Assembly (NCBI GenBank): GCA_951406725.2
Contig: OX597831.1
Location: forward strand, 70,184,001-70,248,000
Reading direction: 5' to 3'
Length of the DNA: 64,000 nt
Source: Octopus vulgaris
Taxonomy: Eukaryota
This document shows positions 55,135-64,000 of this stretch, one piece after another (the stretch's first letter is position 1; each line of letters begins with the position of its first letter). The position numbers and the translations under genes are program-made. The notes below the pieces were generated by a model. It worked only from the letters and a program-made list of their open reading frames with translations. It ran no database searches and was not told the DNA's origin.

Positions 55135-55560
55135 ATTGTTCTTTCTCTCTCACCTCCTCAGTTTGGTGGTCTTCTGATATTATTATGTAATTTTGTGTAT
55201 TCATCAAATCTGTTGGTAGTAAATTTGAAGGTGGAATTCTGGTTTCAGCACCCCATTTTTGGAATTTTGGAATTTTGGAATTTTAAGAAAAATTTTGCAA
55301 ATTTATATTCTACACACAGGAATTCACATGATTATGAAAAGATCATTTTCTTTTAATATTTTAAACCCACCCCACATCACATAAATCCTAAAGATTCCAC
55401 TCTTATTTGAATGTCGTTTAACAATCAGTTTAAAATATGGACAGTTCAATTTTTTTTTTTTTGCATAAATCCCAGCAATGAACCATTAAATGCATTCATA
55501 GAGAGAAAAATATTGAAAAACATCAATACATGTCAGAGTGACAAAGAAAAGAAGAAGGTA

Positions 55561-55784
55561 TCTGGTAAAAACGTTAGCACGCCGGGCGAAATGCTTAGCG
55601 GTATTTCGTCTGCGTTACGTTGTGAGTTCAAATTCTACCGAGGTCGACTTTGCCTTTCATCCTTTCGGGGTCGATAAATTAAGTACCAGTTACGCACTGG
55701 GGTCGATATAATCGACTTAATACCTATGTCTGTTCTTGTTTGTCCCCTCTGTGTTTAGCCCCTTGTGGGTAATAAAGAAATAGG
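55561..55784 (+). mobile_element. SINE family B
   Basis: Matches the reverse complement of 33973-34206. Confidence 0.9.
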
Positions 55785-56464
55785 TATCAAGTGGTTGGAA
55801 GTTATACTAAAAATAACAACTAAACTGCCCTTAAATCTCACACACAAAAAAAAAGGAAAATATTTTCGTTTTTACATAGTCGTATGAATTCTTGTATGCA
55901 ACACACAAACTTGTAAAAACTTTCTGAAAATTCCATGGGGTTCTTAAACCAGAATTCTACCAATTTGAAATTACTGATGACCATATGAACAGAATAAAAA
56001 TACCAGACCTATGTCAAACAGATATATCCATTGGTTCTTTTGTTTTAGATAACAAAAACTAAATAAGTTTCCATGCATTCTACCAGACATGATGTCAGTA
56101 AAGAGTGAATTGAATTACATGGAACTGAATTCTGGTGAGCTGAAGTGAGATTGACTACGCCATTTAAGAATGTGAAGTTTCTCCTCACAAGAGCATTGCA
56201 ACAACATAAGTCATACAAGTTCAAAAACTATTGCTTCTGCTGATAGGCAGATATACAATTGATTTATGCAGCTACTATTCTTGAAAAGACTATATAAGTT
56301 TCCACATTTAGAGAATCAGAACAAATGCAAAAACCATATAGAAATATTTCATTGAAAAAACATTTAGAAAAAAAATAGTGGAATAAGAATATATAAAATT
56401 TGGCATTTTTCAAAGCAATAATCAATCACGAAAAGTCAAAACAAAACTGTCAGATTGAAAACAT

Positions 56465-56493
56465 AATAACAATAATAATAATAATAATAGTAA

Positions 56494-56546
<53 letters not shown>

Positions 56547-56960
56547 ATAGTAGTAATACAAAAAATAACATTAAAATCAAGTCAAACAGTGAGAACAGTT
56601 GTGTGTATATGTGTGTGTGCGTACAAACACATATACATACATAAATTCACACATGCACACACACATGTATGAATAGGAATGTATGCGTATGAATGTATGT
56701 GTGCATGTATATATATATGTGTGTATGTATATGTGCATATATGCATATATGCGTGTATATATAGGCATATATATATGCACATACATATATATAGGCATAC
56801 ATATATGCATATATATATATATAGGCATATATATATGCATATTTATATATATACATATATATATATGTATGTATATATATATGAAATATATATGCATATA
56901 TATATACGGAAAGCGGACGTTAAACGACGATGATGATGATTTATATATATATGCATATAT

Positions 56961-57006
<46 letters not shown>

Positions 57007-57086
57007 TAATATATATATACATATATATATACATATATATATATACATATTTATATACATATATATACATATTTATATATATATAC

Positions 57087-57132
<46 letters not shown>

Positions 57133-57190
57133 TATATACATACATATCTTACATATATATATATATATGTATGAATGTATGTATGTATCT
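56465..57190. repeat. (AAT)(AGT)n and long compound (TA/CATA) microsatellite with an RTE tail stub at 56906-56940
   Basis: Direct reading. Confidence 0.9.
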
Positions 57191-57617
57191 TATCCATACA
57201 TTCCATACAAAGAAGAAAAACTAATGAACTGATCAATGTGGGTGAATGTTTCTTTCCGAAATATTTGGTCATATTTTTTGCTGTTTATTCTTCTACATTT
57301 CAGTTTGTAAATACTTTTTTTGGTTTGATTTTACAACACTCATCCATAGAAAAACAATGCCTATATTGTTTTTTTAATAATTTTCCCAACTTTTGCGCAT
57401 CCATATAAATGTGTGTATATAGATACAAATAAACATGCACAGCTAAAATGTCACACAAATATAAGTAAATATTTATACATATAATAAATGTAGCCCCATA
57501 TATACATATACACATACAGACATACAGACATACATACATGCAGACAGACACAGACACAGAAAGATAGATGTGTATGTGTGTATGGAGGTGTATTATACAA
57601 TTTCACTTTATCTTTAA

Positions 57618-57840
57618 CCCTTTAGCATTTTAAACCGGCCATATCCGGCCAAAAGTATTCTGCCTGTTTTATGTTCAAACTGGCCAGATCTGGTCTTTCA
57701 AACCAACCCTACAACATCGTTTTAAAAATTAACAGCTACCTCATCAAAATCTCATAGCTACAAGATTAATGCATGATTAGTTCAAAACAATGTGGATAAA
57801 AAAGCATTAACTTTGGCAGAATAATACGAATACTAAAGGG
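57618..57840. mobile_element. piggyBac-type MITE
   Basis: TTAA|CCCTTTAGCATT ... AATACTAAAGGG|TTAA, 223 bp. Confidence 0.92.
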
Positions 57841-58005
57841 TTAATCTTTCTAGTGCCAATGTTATAAAATACACCCCCATATATGCACACACAGTCCAAT
57901 GATGGCTTAACTGACTGAAACTTCGAGGTCACTGTCAATAGTATTCTTGATTAAGAATGATAAATTTGTACTCTAAAAAAATATTGAATAAACCATCAGA
58001 TCAAT

Positions 58006-58638
58006 CCCTTAGCATTCAGATTACTCTTTCAGATATGATGCTTATTTATTCACACTGTTTCAAATTAATTATTTATTTTCTCATTGCTTTAAGATTTCAA
58101 TGATATGGTTGTATACTCTTAGAATGACATAGTGTGATAAGTATGAGGGGCCAGATCTGGTTAGTTCAAACATAAAATATATAGATAGGCGTAGGAGTGG
58201 CCATGTGGTAAGTAGCTTGCTTACGAACCACATGGTCCCGGGTTCAGTCCCACTGTGTGGCACCTTGGGCAAGTGTCTTCTACTATATCCTCGGGCCGAC
58301 CAAAGCCTTGTGAGTGGATTTGGTAGACGGAAATTGAAAGAAGCCCGTCGTATATATGTATATATATACGTGTTTGTGTGTCTGTGTTTGTCCCCTAGCA
58401 TTGCTTGACAACCGATGCTGGTGTGTTTACGTCCCCGTAACTTAGTGGTTCGGCAAAAGAGACCGATAGAATAAGTACTGGGCTTATAAAAGAATAAGTC
58501 CTGGGGTCGAGTTGCTCGATTAAAGGCGGTGCTCCAGCATGGCTGCAGTCAAATGACTGAAACAAGTAAAAGAGTAAAAAAGAAAGAGTAAAGAGAATAA
58601 TTAGGCTGGATGGGGCCAGTTTCAATACTAAAATGTTA
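58006..58638. mobile_element. piggyBac-type MITE, inverted and degraded, interrupted by a SINE
   Basis: CCCTTAGCATT start, GGCCAGATCTGG core, resumes after the SINE to AATACTAAAATG TTAA. Confidence 0.7.
58187..58596 (+). mobile_element. SINE family A
   Basis: Full-length copy. Confidence 0.9.
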
Positions 58639-59334
58639 ATGTAAAAATGTTTCTATTATAACTGAACAAACAAACAAACATTAACATGTGTGTCTATATA
58701 TAGAGATTTACACATATACACACACTCACAGACATATATGTGAGCACCCCAATCAGTCAATGCCCCTCCTATCATTGCCTTCTGCCACATCATATCATTC
58801 ACTGAAACTGTTTCCCACCATCCTAATACCACTTTTCTCTCACAACCCATCTTACTTTTTAACCATTCTTCACCTAATTATATTGTTCTCCACACTGAAA
58901 TGTTCCAGTGGTCATGCACCCACTCCACAGGACACCAAATTCTCTCTGTGTGTTCATTATGCATTTTATCTTCTCTACTCCTCTCCTGCATGCTATCTCT
59001 CTTCACCCCTCCTCTTTGGTAGCATTACTTCCTTGAACCTACTCAAAACACTTCATCACCTCAATCAAAAGTATCATTAATACTCTACAGCTAGCAACCC
59101 TGTAGTAGCTTTCCTAACTCATGCACCTCCTCTCCTCAACAATACAGTCTACCTCCTTCTCTGACTTCCCCAATATCTTCCTCATACACTCTTGCAGCCC
59201 TTCTACTCATGAAGTCCTTTCAAAACTATCCAATGCATGGACCATGGATGTTAAATGATAACAATGTTTGTGTGTGTGTGTATGCACATATACATGTATG
59301 TATATGTGTGCGTGTGTATGTTTGTTCATGTGTA

Positions 59335-60605
59335 CGAGGGGCGTTCTATAAGTAATGCCCCTGACCCACTTCCCATAGTAGTAGAGCAACGAAACTTGGC
59401 ACAGTTATTAGTCTTTTTCTACATAGGAACCACCCAGAGTTATGCATTTCTCCCATTGTTTGATGCAGCTCTGGAGACCGTTTTTGTAGAAGACCCCAGC
59501 TTGGTCCTCCAACCTGAACGTGACTTCAGAAATCAAGGCTGCATCATCTGGGAAACGCTTTCCTTTCAAAAACAACTTCATGACTGGGAAGAGGTGAAAA
59601 TCAGAGGGTGCAAGGTCAGGAAAGTGGGGGATGGGGGAGGAGTTCATAGCCATACGCCTGTGCTTCTGATCTGGCGACAAGCGAGTTGTGGACCGGAGCG
59701 TTGTCCTGCAGGAGGAGGATGTCTTTGCTGATCTTGCCCCGCCTCTTGATTTTGATAACTTCTCTTAATTTCCTCAAAAGTGAAGCATAATAGGCTCCTG
59801 CAATTGTGGTACCCTTTGCCAGGAAATCTGTCATCACTACTCCGTCCTGGTCCCAGAAGACTGTGAGCATGACCTTGCCAGCGGAGGGCTGCACCCTTGC
59901 CTTCTTTGGAGGGGGTGAGTCACGGTGCTTCCACTGCATTGACTGGGCTTTGGTCTCTGGATCATCGTGATGGACCCAGGTTTCATCCTGTGTAATCAGT
60001 CTTTTGAAAAATGCTGACTCATCTTCTTGGCACATCTCCAAATTCATCCACGAGCACTCGACGCGTTCTTGCTTCTGGAAAGGCGTGAGCAACCTGGGAA
60101 TCCATCTGGCAGACACCTTTTGCATATGCAAATGGTCATGAATGATAGTTTCCACAGACCTGGTACTAATCTTGACCTCATGGGCTATTTGGCGAATAAT
60201 TATGCATCGATCTTCCAAAATGGCAGCCTCAACTTGACGGACAGATGCCTCATCAATGGCAGAAGGGGCGACCAGATCTGGGAGCTGTTTCCACAGAGTT
60301 CCGACCATGTTTGAATTCACGATGCCAGCGTTTTACAAGGTCATAGGATGGGGCATCATCACCATAAGTTACTTTCATTTCATCAAAAGTCTCCCGTGGT
60401 GTGCGTCCTTTCAAATACAAAAACCGGATCACTGCTTGACACTCAACAGGCTCCATTTCACACTTGACTCGGTTCAAACACCTGTAAATCAGAAACCACA
60501 ATTAATTCAGAGCTGTAATTTGCCACTTATCCTATAGAGATATAAAGGATTGCACATGCAACAACTGCAAGTGGGTCAGAGGCATTACTTATTGAACGTC
60601 CCTCG
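59335..60605 (-). mobile_element. Full-length mariner, same family as 32051-33299
   Basis: Same TIRs with few mismatches, TA flanks at 59333-34 and 60606-07, 1271 bp. Confidence 0.97.
59408..60456 (-). pseudogene. Mariner D,D34D-type transposase with two frameshifts
   Basis: WIPRLL, ITQDETWVHH, LLQDNAPVH and PDLAPSDFHLF motifs spread over three ORF segments. Confidence 0.93.
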
Positions 60606-60686
60606 TAATAAAGTGAAAAAATGAAGAGACAATTGTAGATGGCAGAAATTTATTCATATGAGATGCTACATACATATATGTATATA

Positions 60687-60746
<60 letters not shown>

Positions 60747-61805
60747 TATATCTATAACAGATGTCACAAAGTGACAGAAGGCACTGACTAGCACTGCTTT
60801 TGCTAAAAATAAGAGTTAACGCAACTCAAAAGTCACAAAATCACAGTCTTAATGACTGACAAAGGGAAGTGAGTCTGCAGCGTACATAGTCGCATTGCAA
60901 TTTTGGATTTTGATGCTGACCATCCTAATCCTCATCTGTGTCTCTTAATGCTTAGAGTTAAACTCAACTTCCTTTGTCAGTCTTACAAGAAAATCTGTTG
61001 GAAATGTGCGCTGATTTTCAAATGCTAAAAAGTGTAAACAACAAATTAAAAAGGAGTGACTTATTAGCAATTAGAACCTAAAGGCAAAATTAATTGAGGT
61101 CTCAAAAGTGACACAGGGTTCTGACTAGCACCTCTTTTGCTAAAAATAAGAGTTAAAACAACTCGGGATGAAAATCATGTTTTACAACTGTTTCAAAAAT
61201 TCAGCAAATGGTTGATATTATAATGCATATTATGCAATCTGGTATCTATAATAAGACGATATTGCAGATCACCTTTAAGCAATATGCATTTGTTAATCAT
61301 TCTTTTGGGGGAAGTGTTTAGGCTTTCCACAAGCAGAAAATATTTTTACGTATGTACATTGTGTAATACGGCGTTATTATATATATTATATACACTTGTT
61401 TACAAAACATGCATTATAATATCAAACATACACCAAATTTTTAAATTCCTTTTTCTGTTTGAAGTTACGTGTTACATTATCTTTCCCAATCCTGTGAGCA
61501 GAGTTATTACTGGTGGTCACATTTGTTCTTCTTCCTCTATCAGTGTTCTGATTTTCTTTAGGTATGAATTGAACTGCCAGTTGTTTTTGTTATGGATGAG
61601 CTACTATCATGCCACTTTGCAACTGTTCCATCAGTGTTCATTTTGTTATCAGCTGTGTTTTTTTTTTCCTTAAACCCCTCTAGTTTTATCCTACTGAATT
61701 TTATGTTATTTGATTTGTGTGTGTAGTATTCTAGTATTCTGGATTATTTCATCTCTGCATTGTTAGAAGCATTTCTCATTTTACTTTAATTTTATTATTC
61801 TACTC

Positions 61806-61838
<33 letters not shown>

Positions 61839-61865
61839 TACATATATATATATTCATATAAATAC

Positions 61866-61898
<33 letters not shown>

Positions 61899-61919
61899 AA
61901 CACCTACATACATATATAA

Positions 61920-62112
61920 AGTTAATCCAAACATGAAAGCACAAAAAAACACAACAACGTGAGGACATGGAACAAATATAGTATTATTGGACGCTCAGGA
62001 AAGAAGGAAAGAAGGAGGGTTTAACGTCTCGAGCGGAGCTCATCGTCGGAAACATAGGAGAAGGAAAGATCCAGAGAAGGGAAGATGGAGGAAAAAAATC
62101 CCCAACGGTACA
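61920..62112 (-). mobile_element. Second copy of the 28061 hammerhead-like repeat
   Basis: High similarity to 28061-28272; the motif reads CCGACGA T GAGC TCC GCTC GAGA CGT TA (core mutated). Confidence 0.7.
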
Positions 62113-62139
62113 CACATATATATATTCATATATATACAT

Positions 62140-62180
<41 letters not shown>

Positions 62181-62184
<4 letters not shown>

Positions 62185-62487
62185 TGTGATCACCGTGACC
62201 AACCAGGCTATCAGATGTTGCTACACATCGCTGGTCACAATGCGCTTCGCATTGTTTTCAGCCTTCAAATGACGCCACTTCGCTGGCTAAGCGACCAGGC
62301 CAACAGAAGAAAGACTGAGAGAAAGTTGTGGTGAAAGAGTACAGCAGGGATCGCCACCACCCACTACCGGAGCCTTGTGGAGCTTTAGGTGTTTTCGCTC
62401 AATAAACACTCACAAGGCCTGGTTTGGGAATCGAAACCGCAATCCTACTGCAAGTCCACTGCCCTAACCACTGGGCCATTGCACCTC

Positions 62488-62490
<3 letters not shown>
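62181..62490 (-). mobile_element. SINE family C (tail type 2)
   Basis: Matches 15685-15997. Confidence 0.88.
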
Positions 62491-62543
<53 letters not shown>

Positions 62544-62560
62544 CATACATATTTATATAT

Positions 62561-62591
<31 letters not shown>

Positions 62592-62689
62592 GAAAGAGAG
62601 AGAGATAGAACCTGATGCACGATCTGACTTCTCTGCTTTCATCCAACCCAGGCCAGCATCGAACAAAGGACATGAAATGATGATGATGA

Positions 62690-63165
62690 TCTGCCCAGCG
62701 GACATTACCATAAAGCTGAAGATCAGTGAAAAAGAGAATATCTACACTGAACTATTGATAAATTTGCCGTTACTCTATCCAGATTACAAGTTCAGGTTTA
62801 TACCTGCAATTATTGGGGCCCTGGGATATGTAACACACTGCGTAAATAGTAATCTCGAGAAACTAGGCTTCTCAAAAACCAGAAATGATAAAGTTAATTT
62901 GAAGATTATAGATCCAATCCATCACTGAAACTGTAAAAATCTGTAAAACTTTCCATTTAAATATATATGAGCAAGTCTAGATATGCAGCTATATGCATGA
63001 GAATACATACATAAAGCAAAACATACAAATCTGCACATATACATACATACAAAAATACATTGTGGTTGATGTTGAACTTCCAATGAAGGAGCTTGGATTT
63101 AGGTTAGAAACCGGCTCTTTCACTATTGGCTAGAAATCTTGAAATAAAACTGAATAATGACATAA
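62690..63165 (+). mobile_element. R4/Dong-like LINE 3' end (restriction-like endonuclease C-terminus + 3' UTR)
   Basis: CPAD..I..K..EK..Y..L...PAIIGALG and IQSIT.TVKICKTF motifs. Confidence 0.85.
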
Positions 63166-63199
63166 ATACACACACACACACACAAACACACACAAACAC

Positions 63200-63584
63200 A
63201 GGTGCAAATGTGGCAGTGTGGTAAGAAGCTTGCTTCTCAACCACATGGTTCTAGGTTCAGTCCCACAGTGTGACACCTTGGGCAAATGTCTTATACTATA
63301 GTCTTGGGCCGACCAAATCCACATGAGTGGATTTGTTAGATAGAAGCTGAAAGAAGCCTGCTGTGTGTGTGTGTGTGTATTTGTCCCTTCATCTCTGTTT
63401 GATAACTGGTGTTGGTGTGTTTATGTCTTTGTCACTTAGTGGTTCAGCAAAAGAGACCAATGGAATAAGTACTAAGCTTAAGAAATAAGTCTTGGGGGTT
63501 GATTTGTTTGACTAAAACCCCTCAATGTGGTGCTCCAGCATGGTTGCAGTCAAATGACTGAAACAAGTAAAAGAATAAAAGAAT
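63200..63584 (+). mobile_element. SINE family A, older copy
   Basis: Degraded full-length match. Confidence 0.85.
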
Positions 63585-64000
63585 CTACATACACACAAAC
63601 ATCATATATATCCATATGTATGTGTGACAATGTGTGTATGAATATATATAAAAACGTATATTATACGCAGAGTTCTGTTGTTTTTTGGATTTTTTTTCTG
63701 TAATCTTCTGCTTGCTTATGTATTGATGTTATTGCTGCCAATATTGAATTGAAATGGAAGAAAAGAGAAGGGAAGGAAAAAAAAAACGCAATTTTAGAGT
63801 GATTTACAACTCTGTCTGACACATACTGGTACAAAGGCATAAAGAACTGGAGAAGGTGGAGAAGAACCAACAGAAATACAAAATAATCAGCATAACTCTT
63901 CTAATATCATATAGAAGATACACATAAAAATATTCCTAATTATTATGTTCACAAATTGGTTAAATGAATGACAGAGTGGTTTCTAGCCATGACTTCTTTC

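Noticed and set aside
61284-61673. 129-aa ORF / piggyBac-like fragments (CTLC, KWHD)
   Set aside because: The hints lie on opposite strands and are too weak to support a call.
63079-63120. Hammerhead-like CCAATGA...GAAACCGG in the R4 3' UTR
   Set aside because: Two core mismatches and no valid cleavage triplet or stems.

Overview
AT-rich, repeat-dense eukaryotic DNA. It is very likely from a coleoid cephalopod (Octopus), inferred from the tRNA-derived SINE families, the RTE LINE with a PHD-like insert and the (TA/CA/CAT/AAT)n microsatellites. No complete host gene is visible. The window reads like the 5' end of a very large + strand gene: a CpG-retaining promoter/5' exon at ~400-1360 (GTAAGT donor at 1361), then CpG-depleted intron-like sequence, and one CpG-rich candidate exon at 39025-39258 (AAG|GTAGGT donor). 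The rest is transposon content: about 20 copies of one tRNA-SINE, three other SINE families, two full-length mariners of one family plus an older mariner, RTE, R4/Dong and Penelope-like (PLE) relics, piggyBac-type MITEs and non-autonomous Helitrons. The most notable signal is a set of mutually unrelated small non-coding repeats carrying minimal type-I hammerhead ribozyme motifs in inverted or tandem arrangements. These include a ~342-nt head-to-tail unit split by a mariner and a 183-bp near-perfect hairpin, i.e. candidate retrozymes or PLE terminal repeats. All calls are by eye, and the boundaries of degraded elements are approximate.
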